Below are positions 1-14,600 of a DNA stretch of 64,000 bases, piece by piece. This DNA comes from Bugula neritina. Its lineage: Eukaryota > Animalia > Bryozoa. Below the pieces are notes generated by a model. That model saw only the letters and a program-made list of their open reading frames with translations, was not told the origin of the DNA and ran no database searches. The position numbers were made by a program, and so were the translations under genes. Numbering within the stretch: the stretch's first letter is position 1; every line of letters starts with the position of its first letter. Location of the stretch: contig OZ037767.1 of NCBI GenBank assembly GCA_964035545.1, positions 20,786,628-20,850,627 on the forward strand. The letters are read 5' to 3'.

Positions 1-204
1 CTATCTGCATGATAGCCGCAGATGGTTTGGAAACTTGAGTTGTATTCAGCTCTGATTGAGAAGATTTTGATGAGCTTCACGTTCTTATTTGTTGGGGGAA
101 AGGCGGGTCTCTCCCTGTTTTTGATTCAGGGGGCGTTCATCATTGCTTGATACATGTCTGGGTGTAAAGGTAGAGAGTGGGTAAGTAGAAGTAGATAGTC
201 ACGA

Positions 205-315
205 GGTGGATATGTAAGGGGTGTATAGGCATTGAGTGAATAGGTAAGGGGTGGATAGGTAAGGGGTGGATAAATAATGGGTGGATAGGTAAGGGGTGGA
301 TAGGAAGGGGTAGAT
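205..315. repeat. 15-bp degenerate tandem repeat (ggggtggataggtaa), about 7 copies
   Basis: Visible tandem units. On the minus strand they read as YPPLT repeats in ORF 126-368, but no spliced gene could be built around them. Confidence 0.8.
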
Positions 316-3300
316 AAGTAGTTTCCACTCTCATCATAAAGCATTGGTTGCTTCATCATCAATAACAAATCTAAAAATGTAATATTGTTTTTAACAAAAG
401 TAAATTGATTTCAGAAATAAGTTTCTAATGAGTTTAAAAGTTCTTTTTTATTCTTGGCATACGTATATAACTTTGAAAGTAAAAAAACTTCAAAGTTACT
501 GCATATTTATAAAAAAAAATATATACTCATTTTAATTTTGGAAGTGCAGACCACCTTTAGGTTAGTAAAACTTCCTTCTTTTTCCACAAAAGAGTATGTC
601 CAGCTGGCAAACTATTGTATTAACCAATGAAAATTTGTTCCTAAAATAAAGTGTGATTATTGTGGAATTTTTTATAGTAAATATTTAATTTATATTTTCA
701 TATGCTGCCAATAATTAGAAAAAAAGCCAAAATTATATCACTTCAAGCTTTGATCTGTTTTTTGTAGTGGCCAAAGTTAATTATATTTGTGAGGAACAAT
801 TTGAGACTCAAGCCAATAATAAGACAAGATTTTTCAGAAAAATAATACTTAATTTTTGATTTTATTAAAAAAAAGGAAAGAGTTTCTCCAAACTATTACA
901 TAATTAATAGTTTACAATCCTTTTTTTGTTTATCAGGACATTGGATTTAATTTTGGTTTAAACGGGCACCTCCCACTGATTCTGTTACTATAGATAACCT
1001 TTTTGGCTCATCACCCATCATAGCTGGAACTGAAACAAATATTCCATCATTAAAAATTCTATAAGTGTGTGCATTAATTTTATAATAATTTACTGAAACA
1101 TAAATTTGAATAATAATTATGTTTTCTATAGATTCACCTTTAACAATGAATGTACACTGGCTGTCTACTGTATGACAATTTGAAAACCTTTTCAATATTT
1201 AGCATTTGATTAAATTAAAAATATTTAATAAAACACAACAATTATAGCAAGCAGAAATTTTGCAGTTTTGTATACTCCTGAAAACTCAAAACTTGACTTG
1301 TTTTTATTTGGTCGGTTAACTTGATTTTGTAAGTGCTGAACATAGCATTTCGGTACTATAATATCTTTGTTAAATTAAAGATATGATACTACCATAATGA
1401 TCTGGTAATTATAACTATACTATGCAAAGTTGACACACCAGTAATATGTCTTAGAGTTATATTAAACTAGCAATTGGTTGTATGCTGTTATATAATGTGT
1501 CAATTTATACAGCTGAATTAGTTCATTAAAATTCTTTGCTTATAAGAAAATAACTTTTGTACTGAATGCTCTGCACTTCAGCCATTATTTTCCAATTAAC
1601 AAGTGTTATAGCATACATTTGGCTTTCATGTCCAAACAACTGGGTAATTGGAAACAAAGCCTTGTGGACTTTTTTGTTAATTAATGCAAATATCTATATT
1701 ATATATCTGAAAATCATTTTTTATCTTCAACACCTGGCCTCAGATTAATTGAACTTTGCTGATAATTGATTGGGTTTATTGGGTATGACATGATGACCAT
1801 GTTAGAACTGTAACTGGCATCCAAATACACATATGCTATTTATAGTAACACAGGCTCTGGTTTACGAATTGATGTTATCCCCATAATATATTGGCTGTAA
1901 CATTTTACCAGCTGGAGGTATAATTCAAACGAATACCTTTATGTAATTAAGTCGCCCTTGGTTCCTGGATTAAACCAACGCCAAATGGCCTGTAAGCCTT
2001 CCAGGAGGTGACAAATCAGAAGCCAAAATACTGACAAGAAATTTACAGCCTGTTTTATGGAAAAAAATTCAGGAATACAATATTAAGTAGTTTTATCTAA
2101 TTTTTCTGCTTATTCTAACCAATCGATTATTCTGAAAACGCAATAGAAACATCGTACCACTAAACTAGATATAACTTAGAATTTCTCTGAGGGCACATAT
2201 AATTTTATTAAAACTCAACAATATAACTAATTGGCAACATACTCTATATGTTAAAAAGCTAACATAATTCTTAAAGCATTCAAAGATTTATTTCTCTCAC
2301 TGAGTCTTCAGTTAAATGAAGCCGTATTTATTATTCATTTTTATGACTGGATATGCAAGCTCATATGCAAGTTAGAAGCCATATGCTTCATAACCCCAAG
2401 CTAAACTGTGACTCAAATACACAAAATTCTGCTAAAAATTACGAAATTATTCAACTTAGCACGCTCTTTGCTCACTGCTAACACAAAAAAAGTTGTTTTC
2501 ATATGAAAATTTTTGATGAAAAAACCAATATTTCTTTTCAGGCTGAGAGAATGCCGGCTTCACGTATATACATTCAGAGCAATTCAGCAGCTATAATCTT
2601 GAAAACCGATAAACCATTGCAGAATACACTTTTGAAAATACAGAAATATCGCAGCTACAGCTGTTTGAAGATTTGCACAATTAAGTTAATCAGAACAAAA
2701 TCTTTTGACCATATATCGACATTAGAGAATTACTAGATATTAGGATCTGGCAAGTGAATTAATTTGTTTAAAGATTAAATAATTGTACGGCTTCTTTATT
2801 AGGTTGTGCACTTGTAGCTGGCTAATTGCATATTGTCACCAGGTGGTCTTGTCTTTCTTCTTATCGGAGCTACCTATAGCTGACAAGAGCAAACCCCATC
2901 TATTATATAACAAAAATATTATGTTAAGTATAATTATTTATGTATTATATTAATTATGTGTTATATCAGTTATATATTATAGTGTTTTCATTTTATTAAC
3001 ACAATCAATTGCTTTTTAAATTATATATATATATATTATATATATACCCACGCATAATGTATACTGATCAAAGTTACAATCTACAAGCAAGTATAAGGTT
3101 TGCTTGCACTTGGCTGTAGGTATTAAAAATTAATTAAAATCATATAAATGTACAGATTCAGTTGTATATTGACCAGTTCCAATTAATTTAAACTTCAAAG
3201 CTTAAAAAATAGTATTCTGCAAAAAAAACATATTACAATTTCTCCAATGTACAGAAACAGGAAAAGTAATCGGCAGTTGTGCTATAGACCAAATTCAAGA

Positions 3301-3901
3301 GACATAGAAGTCTATCAGCTGCTGCTTGTAGCAGTTTTCAGCTGAAATATAATCAATGAAGTTCTCCACTTCCTTTGGTCTGCTTTAAAAGACTTAAATA
3401 TTGGAAGTCAGCCATAGTTCTAAAGTTAGATCATAGATTGCAACAGGGTGTCTGGCCTTCAGACAGTGTTTCACAATGAGTTTCAAATTGTGCTGTTGCA
3501 AGCTGTTTCAATATTGCTTCACACAAATATAGAGGTAATTGTAAGTGCGTGTTCAACAGATTGTGCAATATTGCGACATTTATGTTGTACAATAAATACT
3601 GGTTGTACTTTTACTCTCCAAGTTACAACTACAAAATAAATAATTATGGTAGATTTCAGGTTTTGAATTTTAGTATTTAATATATTCTTCTGAAAATCAT
3701 GAAACATATTGGGCGTAAAAACCCACTTCGAGTTGCAATTAAAATTTGGCAATAAAAATATATAGAGCATTATTTGTAAACTTACTGGCAAAGTTTTACT
3801 CTATTATTATTACTCTAATTTTGCTTGAGTTTGGTCAATATAATATATCAGTTGTAAAGACGATCCCATAATCCTTTAGAGTTTAGAGTTTAGGATGACA
3901 C

Positions 3902-3988
3902 ACAGTCCCACAATTCCACAGTAGTAAATACAGTCCCACAATTCCACAGTAGTAAATACAGTCCCACAATTCCACAGTAGTAAATACA
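3902..3988. repeat. 28-bp perfect tandem repeat x3 (acagtcccacaattccacagtagtaaat)
   Basis: Three identical units start at 3902, 3930 and 3958. Confidence 0.95.
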
Positions 3989-5574
3989 CCCCCCTCTCAT
4001 CCCCCCTCCCCCCATAGAAGTAGCCATATAAAACATAAATTACGGTAGATTGAGGGTGATTAGCCTCGAGAATTGAACGCGGGCCAACGTTTACTCACTC
4101 ACTCTATGATATCATACTGAACCTGCAAGAGGAAAGACCTGGTCCACAGCCACCCAAGTCCTGTTTTGTAGCCACTATTTCCGTTACCATTAGCTGATGC
4201 ACTGCATATGATTATGTAAATACTAATATTTTGCAACATTTTGTTGTAATGCTTTTATTTTTGTTTCAATAATTCCCACGGTGTCATGTCGTTTTTGTTA
4301 CATTCTGGTCAAACATGATTTGTTCCAAAGTCTTTGTTCCTGCATGGTGTTAGTTTGAGGTAGACTCATACAAAATTTGAAAAAGTTTCTATAAATACTT
4401 ATGTTAAATTGAGTAGAAAGTTTAATGCATCAGTGCATTTTATATTAATACAGTGTTAGATATTGGTTCTAGGTCATTTATATCTTGATGTAATAAATTT
4501 GATGGGACGATAATTTAACGATTTTAGATCTTGTTTTGATTGAAACATAAATTAAAATACAAAATTATTATATAATTGATTTACAGTCAATATAAGTCAT
4601 CTCTCATAATCAATCACTGATGGCTTCATTATGGAAACTGCTTTAGAATACATAATTATTTGAATATGTGTCCATGCAGGATTATTTAAGTAAATCAAAT
4701 GCATTTTATCAACAGTAGTTATCTCCTCTTACTTTTTCCAAATAGTTATCTGCAGGACAATGAGAATCTCCCAATAGCTTACCACTCTTTTGTGCTTAAC
4801 TTTTTAAGTTTAAGGCTCAAAAAATTACCTATACAGTAATATTTATATTTTCTATATGATGATTTTCAACATCTATTTGGCATTATAGCATCAATATTTG
4901 AAAATTGACATGATCATGTGGCTCCCCAAGCAAAAAAACATGTCCATCTAATAGTGCTGAAATAATTACAGCTATAATTTTGAGATTATTCATTTAAAAA
5001 CTTCTTTGGTTAGTTATCTATATGGTAGTATCCTAAGGAAGGATTTACTGCAGATACAAAGCAATGATGCGTTTTCCTGCCGTTAAACATGACACTGCAA
5101 AATGCTCGAGATAGCAAAGCTCTATTGGATAAACTCTTGCTGATCTAATTTAGTGAGTTACACACATCAAACTGCATCATAATAGATTGCATAAAAATAG
5201 AGACTTGCACTCAATAAATTGCACCCTACAATTAAAATTTAAGTGAATGTTTGGAGTTATCTTCTCAAATAAATATATGATTGACCTAACAATTTCCATG
5301 TTTGCATTGTTTTTGACTGCTGTGATTTGGCAATTCACTAAAAAATTTGTTTTTAGGCAGCTTCACTCACATCAGTTTTTCTTAAATGGCCTTTTTAGCT
5401 TTTCAAAACTCACATTTCATTTTATAGAAGGTTGTTTTCCCTTGTGTTTGGTAATTGTGTCCACGTGACACGAGGTGATTGAGCTATAGGCCCGCTTAAA
5501 GTTTATTTTTTACCCAAAAATATTTATTTACAATAAGTGATAATAGCACGGCTAGTTAGTGTACACAGCCTAAG

Positions 5575-5710
5575 GGGTTAGCCAGCAGTATTTCAGTTAG
5601 AGCACTAGCCTAGTAAACCTGCCAATAGCTCAAATCCGAGTCAAGACCATTGGTGATGTTAGGAAAGGCATTCAGCAACTGGTCTTTCGCCACAATAGAA
5701 AACAAACCCT
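5575..5710 (+). mobile_element. possible decayed tRNA-derived SINE with RTE-like body
   Basis: Degenerate tRNA-like head (cagttagagcactagcctagtaaacc...gctcaaatccg) followed by gttaggaaaggcattcagc, which resembles the AGGAAGGGCATCCGGC motif of RTE-associated elements. Single copy here; no TSD identified. Confidence 0.3.
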
Positions 5711-6749
5711 TAGTCCGCTTAGAAACTCTCTTCATCTAATAGAGATTTCAAACCCACACCAGTGTGAACATTGAATGATAGCAGATAATAAATAAATAGA
5801 TCAAAAATTTATCTTTATACCATAAACATTACAGAGGCAGCTTTAAGAATTGAATCAAAGATATTTTCAACATGTTTTAGTCTGTGCACATTGGGTAGTT
5901 AGAAAGTGAAATGTAAATTGCAACCACTGCCTTTTGCTAGTAAGACAGAATTATTATGACTAATTTGGCAAATTATGTTGATAGTATTGTAAAGAAATGT
6001 GCCCATGAGTGTAAATTTGTGATACCTAAATACTCTATTTGAGCCAATCAAAGTTTTGAAACACGCCGATTTATTTGACCTCCTCACTGTTGATGCTTAA
6101 GCGAAGTACCTACAGGTATGACTTGCATTTCAAATTATAAGCAAAATCTCAGAGTTTAGGCTATTTTACTCATACAGGACAACTAACTGTAATGAGAAGA
6201 CAACTACTGTATTTAATATTTACTTGCAAACAATTTATTCATTTGCAAAATGTAACAACACAGTATTTGCACTGTGATATGTTATACTAAAATATATAAA
6301 ACAAGAGCTTTGTTGTGCCTTACAATTAAATTGTGCCACAAGTCAACTGGAATGTTACAGTAAAGAACAGTAAGTAGAAAATAGGGTTAGGAATGCATTT
6401 ACAAAAAAACAACTAAAATAAAGGTTATATAATTTAATTACCGTAAAAAGTGAAAACCAATTTTTTACTTTACACTCCTTGCAATATTTTAAAAAACTTA
6501 ACACAGCCATTAGAAAGAAACTGTCAGAAATTCCTTAAAAATGCAACTGTAAGATTTCAAAACATAAAAAAGTTCATAAAAAAGTTATTAGCTCACAATT
6601 TAGACACAGTAACAAAACAGCAGACAACTCCCAATTATCTTACAGCCCACATCACAAGCTTGGGCAGCTACTTTGTAAACCAGAGTTGAAGTGAACAATA
6701 TATATTCATATTTAATATTATACAGTGTGAGCATGAGGGGGAAAGAGTC

Positions 6750-9153
6750 TCACAACAGAGCCCTGCTGCCGAGGATCAGGAAGGTCAGCATTGGCAACAT
6801 ACTTCCTTTAAGAGAAGGGGCGTCATTGCATAAGTCTGTCAGACACGTACACCTCGTCCCAGAAAGGCCAAACACGTATTCCGTGTCTTGATTACGGTTG
6901 CAGCTCCACACTGAGCTCTGCCATCTCAATGATCTCTCACATGATCTTTTAACTGAAATACAAAGTAATAAGACCAACTTTGAAAGGGTTCATTGTTCAA
7001 ACAAACACTCACCACTCTGTTCTCCCTAGCCACTCTCTCTCCCTCTCCTCTCATAACTCCCTCCCCCTCCTTCCCCCCCTCTTTCTCTCTCACTACTGTA
7101 TTATCTCACTTACAGCTTAAAGGGTATACAAATTTCCTCATTAACACAGAGAACTTCTACTAAATTCTAGAAGCTAATGCTATATCTAGCCAGTGGTTTT
7201 TAACTCATACAAACAGTTTATGCACATTGTAACATTACTGGTCAACGTTGCATAAAAATATTAACAATATTGAATTCCTTAGCAGATAATCTCCCGATTA
7301 ACAGTTCTGTGGTAACTATAGCAACAGCTACAGATTTGTTTATCCCAGCTAATGGAATAGACCTTGAAGGATGGTAGCAACATAATGCTGGTTTTCACTC
7401 ACAACACTATATGCCATATCATAGATCTTATAGTAGCTGCTGCTACAATAGCACAGAACATGCATGGGTGTACAGTGAGCTGCCACTAGTAGTCTGGGGG
7501 CTGCGGGTTGCAGGTATAAACAACTACATAGCTTATTGTGAGTGCTGATGGGGGTGCTTCTAGCTCAGCTTTGTAATATAAATATAAGCTACACCTGTAG
7601 TGATTTTTTGGTAAAAAGTAAAAAAGTAAACAAATGATGCTGAAGCTAAAAATTTTCTAATATTTAATAGTGAAAGGTAAGAAGAGAAGAAATGAAAATG
7701 CATACATTAAGCTGGTCTAGTATATTACAAGAACATGGGCCTGAACCTAACAAGACGCTTTATATATCTTAAACTAAACCAACAGAGTTGTGGGAGTAAT
7801 CCCCCTTCTTCCCATCTCACTAAACAAACAGTATGACTCACTGATCATGAAACCAGAGCTGAAAATCTTCTCCTTAACGCAGGCGGCACACCCTTTCTCT
7901 ATTGTAGCTCCCCTGTTTAGGAGAAAAGTGTCGTCACACACTTCTGGGATCTCATTATTCACATCAGTTGTGTCACACACATAACAGTTGATGGTTGCCT
8001 CAGCTGTGGAACAATACAATGCACTTATAAGTTAAAACTGAATTAAATGTTGCTAGATTAGTTGGGTTCTAAGTCTAAAGTTGCGTTTATACCTTTCCTG
8101 AAAAAAGTTACGATTTTCAGTTAATATCACTTGCCTGAGTACCCCTTTATAGTTTTACTGAAAATCGGTAAAATCATATTGATGCAGAAGCCCACTTTAT
8201 AATATTAAAATATAACTCGCTTAATGGCTATAACTGATTGATATTGACTTTATCTTATAAATATTTATAATAAGGTAGCTAGTAGTGGTAAGTTTAACCG
8301 TAAGCGTAGATAGTCATAGTTATAGTAACTAATATTAGCATTATGATTAGTATTATTAATATTATAGGAATAGTAATACTATTAGTATTACTATTACTAA
8401 GTATAATACTAATAGTAATAGTATTAGTTTTAGTATTACTATTATTATTTAGTATTAGCATTATCATTATGACTACATCTATACTTAACCTTTAGTCATA
8501 CTTTAATAAAAATCTTATAGACACCTATAGCCTACAAGTTTAAGTATAACTTATAAATTAAATATAAGATTACTGATTAGGTAAAGTTAAACTTGAAAAT
8601 TATAACCAATTTATAACTTACAGCTACAGTTTTAGTTTATCTTTTAGAGTCAGACTGAGCTATAGATATTTACTTTTAGATAATCGTCATTATAATATTT
8701 CATCACTCTATTACTATCACTATGACTGTGGTCATAGATTAAAATAATCATAAATCATATATCACAATCATAGTTATTATAATAACAAATACAATAATGA
8801 ATAATCTAAATATATAAATATTATATTTATAGTATTAATTATAATATTTAGATTAAATATTTAAATTAAATACCAATAAACTTATAAAATATATAACTTA
8901 AACCTAATAGTAATACTAATACCTTATAAGTTTAAGTTGTTATTATTAACTTCAACTTTGAGTTAAACTTAAAGTCAAAGTGAAATTAAAAGTTCCACTC
9001 ACACTGTCAGGTAAAACACTCCCAGTTTTACTTTTACTTTTAGTTTATGTTATACAAAAATAATTTGTTGCAAGTGAAAAAATACTCCAACTTACTTGAC
9101 ATAATGCAATGTAGAAGTAGAACAAGAAATATATTAGTCACGCGCCACTCCAT
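6750..9153 (-). CDS. GPI-anchored Ly6/uPAR (three-finger) protein, quiver/sleepless-like, 140 aa
   Basis: Exons 9153-9096 (MEWRVTNIFLVLLLHCIMS signal peptide, donor gtaagt), 8003-7842 (INCYVC...C...CAAC, donor gtgagt) and 6952-6750 (KRSC...C...CTCLTDLCN plus hydrophobic GPI signal). Both introns are phase 1; 423 nt total; 10 Cys in the LU-domain pattern. Confidence 0.88.
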
Positions 9154-9639
9154 ATCCTTACTGTTACTGTAAGTTGAAGTTCAAATGATTGAGTGAGTGA
9201 ATGGTCACAAAACGATTAGCGCTAGTAGTTAGTAGTTAGTAGTAATGATAATAATATTGTGTCAAGGTAGGTCGTACAGTACATCTCCACACATTCGATT
9301 ATTCGAAGATTGAACACTAACCACGGGAAGAAAACTTCCGCAATTACATATTTTAAACCTTCCTCCATTACACAGTACGCAGGTTCAGCAAATGGTGCAG
9401 CTGCAACAAACGTGCATCATGTGTCAATTATTATAAAATTATAATATATCTTTATTTCACATAAATTATAGTATATTATATCATTATATATTCCTGTTAC
9501 CCGAACAGGACAAAGCGGAGATAGGTGGGAATGGGTGAAAATATTATTATCTTATAAACACCTGTTCTATCAATTCCCATGTTGCATACTACACATAACT
9601 AAAGCACATCAATGCACAGAAAATGTTGCATCAAGAAGT

Positions 9640-10830
9640 ACATTGACTAAGGTGTAGTACATTGTGGATCTCTTTAAAGCTTTTAACACTGCTAATATAG
9701 TAGCTCTATGGCAAGTTAGGAAGTGCCTATAAGGTTGTTCTCCCAAGTTTGTAAACATGATCATGCAGTTGCATTAAAATCAGGTGGGACAGTTCAGGTT
9801 AGATAATGAACTTTTAAAACCATTCAAAATCTACAATGGCATGAAACATAGATGTGTTCTTGCTTCCACTCTCTTCTTAATCTTTTTTAGTGTGACAATA
9901 AATCATGCTTTTTCAAGGTCTGATGAAGGAAAACACAATACTGCAACCTGGGTAGCAATCGTTTTAACCTTAGGCAGCTAAGATCTCATACCAAGACACT
10001 GCAGTTACTTGTTCATAAGCTTCTCTTTGCTGACAATACCGTCTTAGTTTCTCACAGTGAATCAGATTTGCAGCGATTGGTAACTGATTTTGCTAGCTCT
10101 GTGAGCCCGAAGAACACCAAAGCTCTATTTCAGCCAGTTTCAAGCAAGTTTTATCACCAACCACACATCTCTATTGACAACACAGAGCTAAATGCAGTTC
10201 ATTGCTTTAACTACCTCGGAAGCAGAATCTCTTCTGATGCACAGATTGAAAAAAGACAGATGAGGCACACAGAGCATTTGATAGACTCGACGAAAAAATG
10301 TGGAAAAATAGAGAACTAAGGTTAGACACTATGTTAAGCCTTTACGAAGCCATAGTATTGACTACCTTACTAAATGGGCGTGGGTTCTATATGAACATCA
10401 GGTCAAAAGTCGGGATCGATTCCACTATGACATTAATTTTGAACTATCCCTAAATAATAGCGAGATCATGTTCCTGATGTCACAGTGCTGGAAAAATCGA
10501 AATAGGGTACTAAAACATCAACTTTATTGGGCTGGTCACATAGCTAGAATGCCTAAAGACGAAACTTATGTAGGTCTGCCTAAAAGAAGATACAAAGACC
10601 TGTCTGCCTCTAAACCCATTAGATGCGCACTACTCAACTCTGGACCAAGCTTGCTAGCTTATTGACCGTTCTGCTTGGCAGGCAGCTATTCTCGGGGTAT
10701 TTGAAGCAAAGCGTAGCATATTCTGTTAAAAACAGATAAAAAGGTCCTGAGTTGTCCAACTCTTGCAGACTCATCATATCACTGGGTTAGGTACAGCTGC
10801 AAATTTGCTAATTAGCCACCAACGTCCTCG
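9640..10830 (+). mobile_element. 5'-truncated, decayed RTE-clade (BovB-like) non-LTR retrotransposon, RT region
   Basis: Ordered RT motifs across frames with stops and frameshifts: VDLxKAF (9664), GCSPKFVNMI, PFKIYNGMKHRCVLASTLF, LLFAD (about 10020), LQRL, FNYLGSRIS, QLYWAGHIARMP, PKRRYKD. Confidence 0.88.
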
Positions 10831-11647
10831 TGAGAAAAACTGATATGTGCTGGGTATCCATTAGCATCTTTGTTCTTTATTCTTATGCAACACATCTTCT
10901 GTTTATGCACATTTTTTATGTCTTTTATTATTTTTTTTGGTAGTTCTTATGTATAACTTCTCTCTAATTTGTCTTCTGCTACAAAGTTTTACCATACTAA
11001 ATTGCAATAATATGTAGATATGAAGTTTGATGATTTGGCACATGAAAGAGAAGACAGCTATGTGTGTAAATTTGTTAATGATATTATTGTGGTGAAATAA
11101 ACAAATGATACTATAATAAATATCAACAGCTACACAATGTAATATAAACTGATGAGTTTATTGTTCAACACAACCTCAAAATTATTATACACACAATAAT
11201 TTAAATGTATTATATAATTTTAACCCAGAAAGTTAACACACAAAATAAAACATCAAAGTCACCAAACAGCTTCTGCATAAATTACTATTAATTTATAATG
11301 GAAATAACAGCAGTAAAAGCTAAGAGTAAAATTGTAGCTGCACAGTTCCATGCTTGATAAGGCTGCCATGGTAACCAATAATACTAAAAGAGTGGACAGA
11401 AAGTTGTCTGCTTATGTATAAAACATGAGGAGACAAAATGAGAAATTCTAATGCGTAAAAAACGCAAACACAGAGCTTTGAAGATCTTCTAGGTAAGTTT
11501 TTTAAAAGTGAGTTGGCAATAATACAAAAACATGATTTCAAAGAAGAGACCAAGTATGAGAAGTTATCTACCCATTGAAGCACACGTTTTATAGAAACTG
11601 AACTAGAAGCTCAATAATTGTCAGATTCACAGCCAAGCTGTAGGAGT

Positions 11648-14600
11648 TTAGTCTCTCTCAAAGGCCAACAGCCCATGGTCCACAAGAATCCTAACTTTTT
11701 CTTGGAACTCCCTACCTCCCTCCTGAAGCAACCTAGAAAATGCCACACATCCAACTATATTTTCAAGTTTAATATATTCATTGCAGTATTGCCCGACATT
11801 CAGTTTTATAAAAGTATATACTCCGAGCTTCCAGTAACAGCTCTTCCCATATTGCTATGTCACATGATCAGTGGCTCACCTTTGACCTTGAAATCAATTT
11901 TTCGAAAAGTTACGAAGAACTTATTTAGGAAAACCCAAAAACACCCGTGAATTCAGCAACACCTACCAATGTTCTATAAAAGAGATAGTTGATGATAAAA
12001 TAAATGTAAAGTCATCTGCAGTTGGAAGTAATGCAAGCTTGTCTACTAACACTACGATGTTTTATAAAGTTGACTGCATACCTAGCATACTCACTGCATT
12101 TGTTTGCAACAAAATCAAAATGTGTAATAATACTATATATCTATAATATTATAAGTATGAGGCACCCAAGATGTATACTTTTTGTACTTCCCAAAATACA
12201 CTGTACTTCCCATAATACCCTATACTTCCCATAATACACTATACTTCCCATAATACACTATACTTCCAATAATACACTGCACTCCCCATAATACACTGTA
12301 CTTCCCATTATACACTATACTTCCCATAATACACAGTACTTCTCATAGTACACAGTACTTCCCATAATACACTGTACTTCCCATAGCACATTCCAGAAAA
12401 ATACACAATAGATAACCAACCTCTGAGCCTCGGTGTGATCTTCTTTAAAACTCCGTATCAACTCCATAATATTGTCTGATTGTAAAATTTCTACTAATTG
12501 AGGATTCGATAATATCTAAAAATAAAATATATAAATATATACATATATGTGTATATGTAAAGGCTACTTAATGGGCCTCAATATACACCTGGCAATGAAC
12601 CTGAGATATTATGAATATCAAATTAAGAATAAAATAATCTGTGATATTTAACCACTCTGAATTAACTTTGACTTTTCATACATACCTGTCTAACCTTAGC
12701 ATCTTCTTCAGCTTCCTTTTGACTTTGAGCAGATGGTTTGGGTACTGATTGGCGACGAGTAGACTTGACTTCCTTTATTAGCTCCTCCTTCCTTTCAGTA
12801 GTGGGTGGAGCTTTCGGGACGCCCTTGACATTGTCAGCTACCCCTATAGATGCCTCATGCAAGTTTTCATAATGGTTACCTGAAAATCATAGAATGATGT
12901 TGTTAGCATAATTTCTGAATAATAACTAAAACCACGAGATAACAGTTCCATCTAAAGCTGCCGGGCTATAAACAATGTAAATAACATTTAATTTTCAAAA
13001 ATATCAAATAGTTATTAAATTTAGACACACAAACCTAAGACATCACAGAACTCCTTAAAGAACTCTTGGATATACTTATCATGTTGATAAGTGAGCAGAG
13101 CTTTGTCGGGGTTAGCCTGAAACTCCTGGAGCGCTCGCTCACACCGGGGGTCAGCCATCATGTTCATCAAGTTCTCGTTGTTACCCAGTTTATTTAGGAG
13201 GTCTTCCGTCAGCCAAGCGTCTATAAAAAATCAGCACTACATGTGTGAACAACTAAATTAATACTTAATTTCCAACAAATCATGTAGATTTCTATCATGA
13301 CACACTGACACATGACACACACTGACACATGACACACTGACACATGACACACTGACACATGACACACACACTGACACATGACACATTGACTATTTTGTCT
13401 AGCTATCCTTAGGCTCTACAACTAAACCAGTTACCTGTTTTCTGAAGTTGATCCCTCATCTTCTGCACTTCCTGCAGAACCAGACGATCGCCTCCCTTGG
13501 AAGGATTAGATTTGATATGAGGCATTTCTGCAGACAGCGTGACTGATGAATCTGTAAGTTTTCCTCCACCTGACGTTTGCTTCTTACTTTCTAAACCAGC
13601 AGCCAAAAACCCTTTCTTCATTCCGCCGAAACCGCAGGCCGAAGAGCTACCGGCATTGTGAGTCGGTGATTCTGTGATTGGTTTAGAAGGCTTAGCCTTA
13701 ACAGTCTGTTGAGCATTGTTAATTTTTTTATTAGTTTGAGTTGAGGCCTGGGTGGAGATGTTTTTAGTCTCCACCGATGTAGATTTCGGCTTTTTTTCTA
13801 CTTTTGCTTTCAGTGCTGATAGCTTATTAATGACTTCTGTCATATCCTCCAAAGGAGGAGGCAAATCTAAATGAAAATAATGGGTGCATTTATAAATGGT
13901 AGTTGGTAATTCTTTTTTCATTTCCATAATCAAGAAACTGTATAACGCATCATATATAAACTATGTGCTAGGGACTACTGTATTAATTATACATATATAA
14001 GAACTATACAAAGAACCTATTATTAGCTGCTGCAGGGGAGTATAAGCCACAAAAAAGTAATGGCGATAAACCTCACTTCTAGCTTACAAAAAAGATTACT
14101 TATATAGCCTACAACTACACTAACTCTAAATTATCACTAAAAGTATGTTAAGAATAGGTATAACTCCAATAGTAACTGCTAACATCAGAATGTGTAAGAT
14201 CAGCTGTAAAAAGAATATAAGTGATGGCGAAGCCAACTAAATGGTTTCAAATATATCAGAGTAAATATGATATAATTAATTACATTAACTCACAGACTCA
14301 AGTGACTGTGAGTAGCATTAAGTTTAACAGTATTATTATTAGTATGTTTTACAAGTACAAACCAGCAACTGTAATAGTATACTGTCACTATACTATAACT
14401 ACAAACATTGCAACTACATTTGTAATACTAATATTATTACACTCTAAATACATCTTATTGTTATCAAAATTTGTAATAGTATTAAATTGTTAACTTGTCA
14501 ATAAGCAATAGTTGTAGTGATAGTAAAACTAAATGCAATAACTGTAAGAATAATAAAAATTACTAATTAGACCAGTTTTAATTTAATTTTATTATGATAA

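Noticed and set aside
126-368. Pro/Tyr-rich ORF (YPPLT)n as a structural-protein gene
   Set aside because: Explained by a 15-bp repeat. No signal peptide or linked exons found, and the window edge prevents a test.
540-2050. Slightly GC-richer patches and ORF 947-1195, possibly a decayed viral or transposon gene
   Set aside because: Translations contain stops and no motif I can identify.
11320-11583. ORF as last exon of the STI1-like gene
   Set aside because: Exon 11732-11648 fits the phase and gives the STI1-type C-terminus; this ORF lies in the 3' UTR.
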